Positions 54,552 through 64,000 of a DNA stretch of 64,000 bases are shown piece by piece. The notes under the pieces were generated by a model. It was not told where the DNA came from. It worked only from the letters and a program-made list of their open reading frames with translations, and made no database searches. Position numbers and translations under genes: made by a program. Every line of letters starts with the position of its first letter. The stretch's first letter is position 1. Source of the DNA: an uncultured Nitrososphaerales archaeon (GTDB taxonomy: Archaea; Thermoproteota; Nitrososphaeria; Nitrososphaerales; Nitrososphaeraceae); the NCBI GenBank assembly GCA_963841565.1, contig CAWJCY010000012.1, forward strand, positions 1-64,000, read 5' to 3'.

Positions 54552-55696
54552 TCACTTAATCAGCATCGTAGGTCTGGACGTCAAACGCAGGACTTTACCA
54601 GTTACATGGCCTACATTTGCATCTGTCCTTCCCAAGCCTTTTGTTCCCATTATGATAATATCTACCTCAAGTTTATCGGCCATTTCTGCAATTTTAATTG
54701 CAGGATCTCAAGAGTGACTATTCTTTCACAATCAGGGTTCCTTGATAATAGTGCCACACTTCGCAACATTTTTCTTCCCTCTTGTTCCATTTGAGATACC
54801 AAGTCTTCATCGACAGATTCATCCTCCTCATCACTCCACTCCATAACGTGCAACATGTAAATTTTTGACCTGGAATCAGAGGTGAATAAAATACTTGTAT
54901 AACTTCGCCCGTAGGGATGCTAAGAATCCATCTACTGCGAAAAGAATTTTTTTGGATTGCAATATACCATGTCCCTCATATGCATTACGAAGGTTGGAAT
55001 CATTTTGCTGAAGGGGTATCTCCCTTCTTCCTTGTCCTATTGAGGCGGAGGCGCCAGCGATTTTCTTGAATACCTGGATTATACCTGCTCTAGATTCTAT
55101 AAGTGGTAACAACATAATAACACATGCGGCTATACTCGTCCACGCAAACCTACCCGCAAGCCAACCCAGAGCGAATAGACAAACAATGAGAATACATATC
55201 CTGAAAAAGAGAGTGGAAGAGGCCATACTACCACGAGTACAAGAGAGAGCTATCGCATAACGATAGGTAAATCTGGCATCTCGCTTAAGTTGGTTGTGGA
55301 TAGTATCCTTTTCTATGATGGATCTGATCCTGTCGTCGACCACGGATCTTGTGCTTCATCAGATCAAAGTTGAAGTTTTGTGGCTTGATTAAATATGCCA
55401 AAGAGAACCATCTGAATGCTAGCACCGGCAGCATACCAAAATGGACCACTAATGCCGAATTGAAATGCTACAGTAGAAGATTGAAAAAGGGTAGCTGCCA
55501 CGTCCATGCAGAGACTAAAGGAGCTGCTATAAGTCCAGTCATTACATTTCGACCTGCCGTGTAAAACCACTCGAATGTTTTTCTTGTTCCAAGCCATTTG
55601 TGTCCGACCCTTACTAACAAAGTAACGGCAATTGCCATTACTAAGCCAACACCGAGGAGTATGATGTATCCGATACCCTCAGAATGGCGAGGCCAA
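54552..55696 (-). pseudogene. DUR3-type urea:solute symporter fused to a USP domain, internally deleted and frameshifted
   Basis: EWFYTAGRN..SAWTWAATL.QSS..GISGPFWYAAGA joined directly to IKPQNFNF..WPLP..LLPLIESR, then USP KKILFAVDG..GDPA..IIMGTKG. Confidence 0.8.
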
Positions 55697-55877
55697 ATTA
55701 AAATTGCCAGAGCTGGAGTATATAAAGGAATCTATAAAAAATAATGTATTCTCCGAAATTCGCTTCAAAATGAAAGAAATTGGCTACAGTGAAGAATGAT
55801 TTATGTTATTTGTGTATTATACATATATTAGAGATTATAGTTAATAACGGCTTTAGCATTCAAGGGCATTACCAATC

Positions 55878-56420
55878 TTGATGATTGACAATATTGATGA
55901 ACTCATACTTTCTGCTCTCTGTAAGGATTCCAAACAAGATATAAGAGAGATATGGGATTTCCTTCGAGATCATGGCTATAATTTAAGCGAAGATGAGATA
56001 GAGTCAAGAATTTTGAGATTAGAAGATGACAAAGTGATAACTGGTTACACCATTTCAGTGAATACGAAGAAGATTCATCGTCGAATTATCCGTGTTGAAT
56101 TGGTCAGATTCAAGTTTTCGCAGCATCTTGCAAGCAGGATTGAAGGGCTGAAGAAATACTTGACTGATGCACCCTTTGTCCTTTTCTCAGGGCGTACTCG
56201 AGGAGGATACGACTGGATTTGCGTACAATCTTTTCTTAATGAGGAAATGGCGGATGAAGAGAGCGATATATACCGTAACCTCTTTGGAGATATAATTCAG
56301 TCATATGAGGTATATGATTTTATTCCGATGAAGGAACCATCATATCATTCACTCACACATACCCCAGAAGAGTACAAGAGATTTCTTGATGAATGGATTC
56401 CTCCGTTCCTTGGGCGATAG
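55878..56420 (+). CDS. Lrp/AsnC-family transcriptional regulator
   Basis: IDNIDELILSAL..DSK, SRILRLEDDKVITGYT, GGYD; divergent from the DUR3 remnant. Confidence 0.85.
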   Translation: MMIDNIDELILSALCKDSKQDIREIWDFLRDHGYNLSEDEIESRILRLEDDKVITGYTISVNTKKIHRRIIRVELVRFKFSQHLASRIEGLKKYLTDAPFVLFSGRTRGGYDWICVQSFLNEEMADEESDIYRNLFGDIIQSYEVYDFIPMKEPSYHSLTHTPEEYKRFLDEWIPPFLGR

Positions 56421-56445
56421 TTAAGAACTGTTCTGCTGCTCTCTG

Positions 56446-57351
56446 TTACAAATTCGGATCTTCTTTTCGAGTACATGCGTTTTTGTATCTAATTGTCTCA
56501 TCAATTAAGGAATGAATTCTAAGTCTGGTCCCCATTAGAAAGCTAACTATCTCCGCTCGTTCAGCAGGTTCAACAGTCGAATGAACTTCGTCAATGAGGT
56601 TATCAATCCGCGCTAAAGTGATACGAAGGGCCAAGGTAGTCTTTTTTGTAAGTTTCAACATGTGTGATTTCCTGTTTAGTGCTCTCGGGGGTATCTGACT
56701 GAACTGATCGGTCCCGGAACTTTCGGCAATGGTTTTAGTTTTCATCAGCGATTTCATTTCCCTAATTTGTCTTACTGTCAGATCGCTTGAATCAATTTGT
56801 TGCACAATCATGTTCTGCTTCTCAGAAGAGATGCTCGTCAGCTCCAATGCTGAGCTCACATTAAGACGGTTTTCGATTACATGTTGTTTTACCTCTTCTG
56901 GAAGTTTTAGGAGTTGGATCCGGTGCGACACATATTCTTCGCTCTTTCCAATTTTTGCCGCCAGCTCAGTAACTCCTCCCCACCCAAAATCAACGACGTA
57001 TCTTCGGAACGCCTCTGCCTCCTCTATTGGATCCATAGATTTTCTTTGCATATTCTCAGTTAACTGAATTTCATATGCCTCCTTATCAGCCAGTTCTCTA
57101 ATTTTACAAGGAATGAATCGCCAACGGAGAGATCTGCAAGCATGAAATCTTCGATGACCTGCAACTATTTCAAAACCATGAGAGAGGGGTCGAATCAAAA
57201 TCGGTTGCAAGAGACCGTGTTCTCTAATGCTTGCAATTAGACAATGATCGTCATCTGACATACGCTGAAATCGATCACGCACGGCAAATTGAGAAGATCT
57301 TATCATTTTCATTTCAATTTGTTCGACAATGCTTGTGTCGAAAAATTCCAT
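56446..57351 (-). CDS. ParB/Spo0J-like protein
   Basis: SIREHGLLQPILIRP, VAGHRRF, TENMQR, EEAEAF, HTH. Confidence 0.9.
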   Translation of the reverse strand: MEFFDTSIVEQIEMKMIRSSQFAVRDRFQRMSDDDHCLIASIREHGLLQPILIRPLSHGFEIVAGHRRFHACRSLRWRFIPCKIRELADKEAYEIQLTENMQRKSMDPIEEAEAFRRYVVDFGWGGVTELAAKIGKSEEYVSHRIQLLKLPEEVKQHVIENRLNVSSALELTSISSEKQNMIVQQIDSSDLTVRQIREMKSLMKTKTIAESSGTDQFSQIPPRALNRKSHMLKLTKKTTLALRITLARIDNLIDEVHSTVEPAERAEIVSFLMGTRLRIHSLIDETIRYKNACTRKEDPNL

Positions 57352-57565
57352 AGGAAAAAGTGGAAGTATTAGTACTTATGGTTTACTAATGTTTAGCAAG
57401 TTGAACCCTTTGGTACTCCTATTGTTACATCCGGAAAATTTGGTATAGTTTAAATAATAATTGGGTTGTCAGTTGTCAGCTTAGCCGACAATCCCTCATG
57501 ATCTTCAAAGCAGTAGATTAGTGTCGGCACAGGGATAATAAAGTAGATTCATGAATACAGGATAG

Positions 57566-58258
57566 ATGACAAAACCTATCCTAAGCCTCCAAAATATTCC
57601 ATGTGAGACTCTAGGTAACTTTGAGGGTTTATTTTTAAATGACGGATTCGATATTGAAAAAGTTAACACCAGGAAACACAGAGTTCCAAGTGATCCAACT
57701 CAATACAGTGCAATAGTAATTCTAGGCGGTCCCATGTCAGTTTATGAAAACAGCGACTTCATAAAGGACCAAATCAGTCTCACACAAATAGCCGGTAAGA
57801 AGAAGACACCTTTGCTCGGAATATGCTTAGGGTCACAAATTATCGCGCAATCATCTGGGGGAACGGTATTCAAAGGACCAACAAAGGAAATTGGCTGGTA
57901 TAAGATTATGATTGAAAGTTCTGGAAGCGAGGAATTATTTTCTGGATTTGACAATTCTACGCCAACTGTTTTTCAGTGGCATGGGGATACTTACTCTCTT
58001 CCTAAAACGGCAAGAATTTTGGCTCGTTCTGATATGTATCCACAGGCCTTTGCTATAGGATCTCTAATTGGTATTCAATTCCATTTGGAGGTAACCGAAA
58101 AAATGATTCAGTCTTGGTTAAGAAATTACAAGTCAGAAGTAGTTTCTGAGAAAATCGATATGCGAAAAATGATAAAGGAATCCGCAGTTTATATTAATGA
58201 ATTGGAAAGGCAATGCAGTCTAGTGTATTCAAATTTTTGCGCCAAGTTTTCTCTGTAG
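57566..58258 (+). CDS. Class I glutamine amidotransferase
   Basis: GGPMSV, LGICLGSQ, QWHGD, QFHLE. Confidence 0.9.
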   Translation: MTKPILSLQNIPCETLGNFEGLFLNDGFDIEKVNTRKHRVPSDPTQYSAIVILGGPMSVYENSDFIKDQISLTQIAGKKKTPLLGICLGSQIIAQSSGGTVFKGPTKEIGWYKIMIESSGSEELFSGFDNSTPTVFQWHGDTYSLPKTARILARSDMYPQAFAIGSLIGIQFHLEVTEKMIQSWLRNYKSEVVSEKIDMRKMIKESAVYINELERQCSLVYSNFCAKFSL

Positions 58259-58411
58259 GGGTTGATTTCAGAAATAGATCTACACAACCTCTGTTGGTAC
58301 AGGTATCATCGCCAAATGATTGTGTTGTTCTCGTTAGAACATTATAAGGAGATCGTAGGACCCCTACCTCGTCGCAATTTCATACAGGCTAAGCAGAGGA
58401 GCTGCGATGAA

Positions 58412-59449
58412 TCATGATCTCTCGTGTAGTGCAGCGTAGATAAACGGTAGTAAAGTAGTAGCTTCTCCGTGGATCGTGACACGAGATGCTTTTGAGGTTA
58501 TCTTTCCCCATGATACAGCTTCTTCAACCAAGGCTCCACTTAGACTCCCGTCCCATTCTGGACTGGTAGTCAAATATACTGCGTAATCCAATCCCCCTTT
58601 AAATTGATTCCACCAAAGGGTATGATGTTTCGAAATACCTCCCCCAATCATGAATGCACCAGTTCGCTTGGCATCGTAAACAATGTCGGAAATGGTGTCC
58701 TGATCTTTAAGAAGATCAAGGCCAAAATCTCGGTGTTCCTGGTGGAATAACCAGAGCTGGCTACCTACAGCTCCATCGACAATGCCAGGAACTATTACAG
58801 GTATGCGGTGCTTATTGGCCCAATAAAGAAACGATGAATCATTTAACTTGCTACCTATGAAATCCAAGATTTCGGAGGGTGCAATAAATTTTTTATTATG
58901 GTCAAAATACAACTCTTCTAAACATGCTCTGACTTTCTTTTCAATAACGGTTCCGTAGTTTGCAAAAGGTATTAGCACATTGCCCAACCTATGGATACCC
59001 ACTTTCAAGAGAGAAGAGTCGTTTAGCCTGAAATCTCCGGCATAATAATTCGCAGAGGTTCGTGCTATATCGTGATCCAGAGCACCACAGGTTGTTACAA
59101 TGCAATCAAAAGCGTGTTCTTTTATCAACTCGCGTATTATTCCTCTGGTACCTGTAGAAATAATTGCACCCACGAAGGAGAGAAACTTTAAGCAGTCTCC
59201 ATCACTGCTCATAGATTTCAGGATTTCGACGCCATGTGCGAGGTTAACTGCCTCGAATCCTCCTGAATTCATCATTCCATTTATCAATTTGGACGTTTCT
59301 GAATAGTTAGATGGGTCATAGTCGCGTATGGGTTTCCTTAACAGGTCATTCGAAGACCTTTTACGGGGCTTGGTGCCTTTTGGGTTTAGTCGAGAACCAA
59401 TTCTTATCTTGGAACGATTTATCTTACTTGCGCTCCCCACGCTTCTCAT
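58412..59449 (-). CDS. dys: Deoxyhypusine synthase
   Basis: GGGISKHH, DGSLSGA..EAVSWGK. Confidence 0.9.
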   Translation of the reverse strand: MRSVGSASKINRSKIRIGSRLNPKGTKPRKRSSNDLLRKPIRDYDPSNYSETSKLINGMMNSGGFEAVNLAHGVEILKSMSSDGDCLKFLSFVGAIISTGTRGIIRELIKEHAFDCIVTTCGALDHDIARTSANYYAGDFRLNDSSLLKVGIHRLGNVLIPFANYGTVIEKKVRACLEELYFDHNKKFIAPSEILDFIGSKLNDSSFLYWANKHRIPVIVPGIVDGAVGSQLWLFHQEHRDFGLDLLKDQDTISDIVYDAKRTGAFMIGGGISKHHTLWWNQFKGGLDYAVYLTTSPEWDGSLSGALVEEAVSWGKITSKASRVTIHGEATTLLPFIYAALHERS

Positions 59450-59547
59450 TAATTTAGAGGTATAAAATACCTTTCATGAAATCAATTTTATTGCAACTAA
59501 TAATAATAACAATAACAAATACAGGCTTTTAAGTCGGCATACTCAGT

Positions 59548-59648
59548 GGCTCTCCCGTTAAACGAGAAAGGCAATATGGATGTTAGTATTTTGAAGTGGT
59601 GGGCGATACTAGTCTGGATTGACCAGATGAGCATATAGTTTCAGAGCC
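59548..59648. ncRNA. Candidate ~100-nt structured RNA
   Basis: GGCTCT/AGAGCC closing stem with nested ATATG/CATAT, TAGTAT/ATACTA, TCTGG/CCAGA. Confidence 0.35.
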
Positions 59649-59654
59649 TACTTT

Positions 59655-60005
59655 CTAGTCTCTTCGTGTTGGACCCGCTGTAGAAGGTTCTGTAACATGG
59701 AGTTCATTGAGGACCTTTACAACACCCTCTATCTTCCAAATTTCTTCCCCAATCCGGCGCTTTTGTTCATAGGTTTGTACTGAACCTGTGATGGATACTA
59801 TTTGGTCCACAACATTGATAACGACCTTGCTTGTATCAATTTGAGATATTTTTTTTAATTTAGATGATACAAGTGTGCGGAGCTCCTCGTCAGTCTTTCT
59901 TCCAGGAGGTTCTTCTTTAGAAGTATAAGGAAAGCTGCCTGCCCAGTTGAAACTACCCTCGGCTTTGTGTTGCTCGTTGTCGTCACTGGAATTGGAATCA
60001 TGCAT
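59655..60005 (-). CDS. BON-domain protein
   Basis: TDEEL...V.ITGSV....K......WKIEGVVKVLNELHV. Confidence 0.8.
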   Translation of the reverse strand: MHDSNSSDDNEQHKAEGSFNWAGSFPYTSKEEPPGRKTDEELRTLVSSKLKKISQIDTSKVVINVVDQIVSITGSVQTYEQKRRIGEEIWKIEGVVKVLNELHVTEPSTAGPTRRD

Positions 60006-60128
60006 ATTCTGAACAATACGTTCGATATTTTTAAGCGTTCCCGAACCCGCATCACATCATACAGATATTTGTAAATCTTGTGTCTTGGCACATACATTTT
60101 AAAGTGATTATCATGACACCTTAAGGAA

Positions 60129-61226
60129 GTGAACAGATTTCACAACTTTTCTGGGCGTAAAATAGACCCTCCTTCTATTTCAAGCAATATGGGCGTTCGC
60201 GATTTAGTAGAATATTTCGGAGCAACAGGTTTCAACGCTCGTCGACTCCATGAGGCTTTACAGATCACAAAGCGGATGATGGATGATGGAGCGTGTGTTT
60301 GCTTGACACTATCAGGTGCGCTCGCTCCAATTGGACTGGGCAGAGCGATTTCGGTTTTGATAGAGCATGGGTTTATAGACTGGATTGTTTCTACGGGCGC
60401 AAATGTTTACCATGATCTTCACTTTGCCTACGATCTACCCGTAAGACAAGGATATTTCGATGTGGACGACAATATTCTATATTCAAAACAAATTGTGCGG
60501 ATCTATGACGTATTTATCAAGGAGATTGGAACACTGCAGAAACAAGACGAGATCATCAAATCTGCAATAGATATGGATAGGCAAAATCTGCCTGACAATT
60601 CATCAACAGCCGACTTGTGCAATATTTTAGGGAAGTCGGCGAAAAAAAACTCAGCACATCCTGAAAAATCTTTCACTGTGTGCGCGTACGAAAATGACGT
60701 GCCGATTTACTTGCCTGCTATAGCTGATTCTTCGATTGGACTAAATATGCTTCCTCTTCTCCTTGAAGACAAACCAATTAGCCTTAACGTTATATTGGAC
60801 GTCGCTGAATCAGCGGCTATTCTTTGGAAGAATAAGAAATCTGGAGGAATTGAATTAGGAGGAGGTGTTCCAAAGAACTTTTTCCAACAGACCGGCCCCG
60901 CTCTGTTTCAAATTCTTAAGTTGAAAGAAGGGGGACAGGACTATCTCGTCCAATTCACAGATGCTCGTCCCGATACTGGAGGCTTGTCTGGCGCTACACT
61001 ACAAGAAGGCAAAAGTTGGGGGAAAATCAAGTCAGCACATGAGGGAAACGTGATAGTTTATGGAGATTCATCAGTTTATTTTCCCATCTTGGCTGCATTC
61101 ATTATGTCCGAGTGTAAGCCTCGTGAGCGAAAGAAGTTATTTAAAACTAAAAATGCATGGGTAGATGAGATGAAGCTAGCGTATCTTCAAAGCAGCAGCA
61201 AACATAAGCGAACTAGAGTTCATTAA
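60129..61226 (+). CDS. Deoxyhypusine-synthase-like paralog (possible homospermidine synthase)
   Basis: STGANVYHD, GGGVPKNF, DTGGLSGATLQEGKSWGK. Confidence 0.85.
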   Translation: MNRFHNFSGRKIDPPSISSNMGVRDLVEYFGATGFNARRLHEALQITKRMMDDGACVCLTLSGALAPIGLGRAISVLIEHGFIDWIVSTGANVYHDLHFAYDLPVRQGYFDVDDNILYSKQIVRIYDVFIKEIGTLQKQDEIIKSAIDMDRQNLPDNSSTADLCNILGKSAKKNSAHPEKSFTVCAYENDVPIYLPAIADSSIGLNMLPLLLEDKPISLNVILDVAESAAILWKNKKSGGIELGGGVPKNFFQQTGPALFQILKLKEGGQDYLVQFTDARPDTGGLSGATLQEGKSWGKIKSAHEGNVIVYGDSSVYFPILAAFIMSECKPRERKKLFKTKNAWVDEMKLAYLQSSSKHKRTRVH

Positions 61227-61297
61227 ACAATGATAAACGATCTCGTGGTATCAAGATATACCTTTGATTCCATAATCATATTGCTGGAAGAAGTGTC

Positions 61298-61765
61298 ATG
61301 AACAACAGCAAGAAAGATTTAAAATTCGAAGTAAGAGAAATTGAATTGGGCGACCTAAAAAAGGGATACTTCTCTACACTAAAGAATTTGTCTGAATTGG
61401 GAACCATCGAAGAGAGTATGGAAAAATCAGAACAGATATTAAATAATATTAGTGCAAACCCACTTCACAGGATATTTGTTGCGATAGACAAAGAGACCTC
61501 TGAGGTGATAGGTGCGACTACACTTCTAATTGAGCAGAAATTTATTCATAGCGGGGGAAAAGCTGGTCATATTGAGGACGTTGTAACACGCAAAGGTTTC
61601 CAGGGCCTGGGGATAGGCTCTGCGCTTATTAATCACGCATTGCATTTTGCAAGGACTGTTGGTTGCTATAAGGTCATATTGGACTGTTCCGATGCTAATA
61701 TCAGATTTTACCAGAAAACAGGTTTTAAGGTACATGAAACCTCCATGAGATACGATTTGCTTTGA
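61298..61765 (+). CDS. GNAT acetyltransferase, glucosamine-6-phosphate N-acetyltransferase-like
   Basis: IEQKFIH..G.AGHIEDVV, QGLGIG, GCYKVILDC. Confidence 0.88.
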   Translation: MNNSKKDLKFEVREIELGDLKKGYFSTLKNLSELGTIEESMEKSEQILNNISANPLHRIFVAIDKETSEVIGATTLLIEQKFIHSGGKAGHIEDVVTRKGFQGLGIGSALINHALHFARTVGCYKVILDCSDANIRFYQKTGFKVHETSMRYDLL

Positions 61766-61878
61766 ATCTCGGACTTATTAATTTGCATGAGTCACATTTG
61801 TAAGACCAGCGTTTGTAAATCTCCATCTCTGCCTTCTACTCTGATGACTGCATTGCGATTAATAGGAACAGCCCACTT

Positions 61879-62376
61879 TTATTGTTCGCTTAGTTTGTCT
61901 ATTAAGGGTTTTAATTGCCATATGTCTCTATTACCGATAAGGTCGACAATTTCGATATTAGTCCTGAAGTATGAAATCACTTCTTTGGTTGATTTTAGTG
62001 TAGGATTACTCCCTCTTGCACCTATTATATATCCGTCTTCTCTTGTTCCGTGGTTGTAGAGCGAAATCAGGGCTTGTCCAGGAAGATGTCCCTTGACATC
62101 TTTTCCACATAAAATCAAATACCTCAATCGAGGGTAATTTTGAACGGTTTCAAGAATATTATCAATTCCTCGATTTTCTGAGAGAAGCCTACCGACAAGA
62201 AAAATCTTGTGCATAATATCCTTACTGGAGATAATTTCTTTAAGAAGACTCATGTCTGAGAGTGTGCAAATGGCAAGCGTTTTGCCGTTTCCCATCTCAT
62301 ACGATAATCGTATAGGAAGAACGAACTCGCATATTTTGCCCGCAACCGTGTGTAAGCAATACAGTGTTTTCTTCAT
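61879..62376 (-). CDS. MtrA-like corrinoid-binding-family protein
   Basis: AICTLS, SENRGID, RYLILCG.DVKGHLPGQAL...G.IIGARG. Confidence 0.8.
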   Translation of the reverse strand: MKKTLYCLHTVAGKICEFVLPIRLSYEMGNGKTLAICTLSDMSLLKEIISSKDIMHKIFLVGRLLSENRGIDNILETVQNYPRLRYLILCGKDVKGHLPGQALISLYNHGTREDGYIIGARGSNPTLKSTKEVISYFRTNIEIVDLIGNRDIWQLKPLIDKLSEQ

Positions 62377-62538
62377 GAATCAGTTATCTGCAATAATATG
62401 CAATTGATGTAGTATATTCTTTATGAGCAGGTGGGCCCACAAAGAGAAGAATCCGATCAATCAAAACAAGGATGAGCAAAATCGTGCCGCTGACATCAAA
62501 TATATAACAATCCCGTCGAGTACGGATAACAAACTCCT

Positions 62539-63077
62539 ATGACAGAAGAAGAAGAAGGAATAGTTGTGATCTTTACTGGAAAGGGGAAGGGAAAGACAAG
62601 CGCAGCGCTAGGGATTGTACTGCGATCAGTCGGACATGGTCAGCGGGTAGCCATGATTCAATTCATCAAAGGGGAATGGTATTACGGAGAGCTAACAAGC
62701 TCAAAAAGGCTCGAACCAGAATTTGACATGGTAGTATCAGGTAGGGGATTTGTTGGGATTATCGATGATGATCTTCCTTTGGAAGAGCATCAAGCGGCTG
62801 AAAGCTAGCCGTTGATATTGCAAAGAAGAAGGTTAGCTCTGGCGATTACGATTTGGTGATCCTAGATGAAATTAATTATGCTTTGAAGCTAAAGCTCATC
62901 GTTATCGAAGACGCCATTGATCTTTTGAAATGCAAGGCTAGAAGGACCTCAGTTATCCTGACAGGAAACTATGCACCAACAAGGTTAGTAGAACTTGCTG
63001 ACATGGTCACAGAAATGAAAGAAATAAAGCATCCATTTAGAAAGGGGGTAATGGCTATGAAGGGTATTGACTACTAG
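62539..63077 (+). CDS. cobO: Cob(I)alamin adenosyltransferase, frameshift near 62805
   Basis: TGKGKGKTSAALG, QFIKG, ILDEI, EIKHPF..G....GIDY. Confidence 0.9.
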
Positions 63078-63307
63078 GTTTTGGCCCTTCGATTAGGCGC
63101 ATCTTCGGGCCCGAACACGAACTTTACTTTGACGTAGTGCAAGTGTCATTAGCCCCACCCTCACTAAATCCATTGTCGGTAAACCAAAACTTCGATTAAA
63201 TTAAAACTGCAGAATGCATTAATTGATCCTAATTATTGTTCAAATCACGCTGTAGGTGGTCTAATGGCAACGTTAAAGTAGCCGATATGTGGCGTTTACC
63301 GTTATAA

Positions 63308-64000
63308 ATGATGACTGCCGAGGTTAGACGGCTTCCTGAAGAAGGGGAAATCGTTCTAGTTACGATAAAGGAGGTAACAGGTCATGGAGCTTACATTACT
63401 CTTGACGAGTATGACGAAACGATTGGCTTTCTCCATATTTCCGAGATAGCTACAGGATGGATCAGAAATATCGAAAGGTACATCCGACCTAAGCAGAAGA
63501 CCGTATTAAAGGTTATTCGAGTAAACAAATCAAGGGCTGAAGTGGACTTGTCGCTTAAACAGGTTACCGGCGACGAAAGGAAATCGAAGCTGATAGAAGT
63601 TAAGAAAACTGAAAAAGCCTCAGCATTCATGGATATCGTAAAGAAAAAGGCAAACTTGTCAGATTCTGAATTGAATACCCTGGAAGACGAAATCCTAAAA
63701 AAATATGATCTCGTCTATGATTTATTTGAGACTGTTTCAAGAAAGGGGATCGATTCTATTCGTAGTTTGGGATTTTCTGAGGAGCTTATGAAAGCAATTG
63801 AGACGGAGAGTAACAAGATCCAAATACCTCACGTAGAAATAATGGGAATTCTTGAAATTTCTCTCAACAAGGCAGACGGTATAGAAAGGATAAAGAATCT
63901 ACTCGGCTCCATAGAAATGTCAAAATCTAACACTTCGATCAGTATAACCTATGTTTCGGCTCCTAAGTATAGAATGGTAGTTAAAGCAGATAATTTCAAA
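63308..64000 (+). CDS. eif2a: Translation initiation factor aIF2 alpha subunit (runs off the window)
   Basis: Hand translation MMTAEVRRLPEEGEIV...GAYITLDEY..GFLHISEIATGWIRNI...VDLSLKQV (S1 domain). Confidence 0.93.
   Translation, partial: MMTAEVRRLPEEGEIVLVTIKEVTGHGAYITLDEYDETIGFLHISEIATGWIRNIERYIRPKQKTVLKVIRVNKSRAEVDLSLKQVTGDERKSKLIEVKKTEKASAFMDIVKKKANLSDSELNTLEDEILKKYDLVYDLFETVSRKGIDSIRSLGFSEELMKAIETESNKIQIPHVEIMGILEISLNKADGIERIKNLLGSIEMSKSNTSISITYVSAPKYRMVVKADNFK

Noticed and set aside
56446-57351. ParB as a sign of a plasmid or prophage
   Set aside because: Sits among housekeeping genes with no ParA, Rep or integrase nearby

Overview
Low-GC archaeal chromosome segment, most likely from a soil ammonia-oxidising thaumarchaeon (Nitrososphaeraceae-like). 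The lineage call is inferred from aIF2-alpha, a thermosome-type chaperonin, two deoxyhypusine-synthase paralogs, several cupredoxins, CHRD and YVTN proteins, amt-PII and the urease operon layout. Bases 1-44 kb form an accessory region of small secreted and membrane proteins, many gene remnants and repeats. It includes a ~7.8 kb block bounded by ~75-bp inverted repeats that carries a single-chain Topo VIB-VIA fusion (Topo VIII-like) with a degenerate ATPase site and an RHH regulator. Bases 44-56 kb hold a urea island: ureABC, a divergent chaperonin plus an unknown gene, ureEFGD, a UT transporter, an internally deleted DUR3-USP gene and an Lrp regulator. Bases 56-64 kb are core genes (ParB-like, GATase, dys and a paralog, BON, GNA1-like, MtrA-like, cobO, partial aIF2-alpha). 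Single-base frameshifts in otherwise intact genes (ureC, ureD, cobO, aquaporin) suggest assembly indel errors. Features missed by the ORF track include two Zn-finger microproteins, several candidate structured RNAs and a motif shared upstream of two urea genes. No tRNA, rRNA, CRISPR array or transposase was seen. All family calls come from reading motifs by eye; no searches were run.
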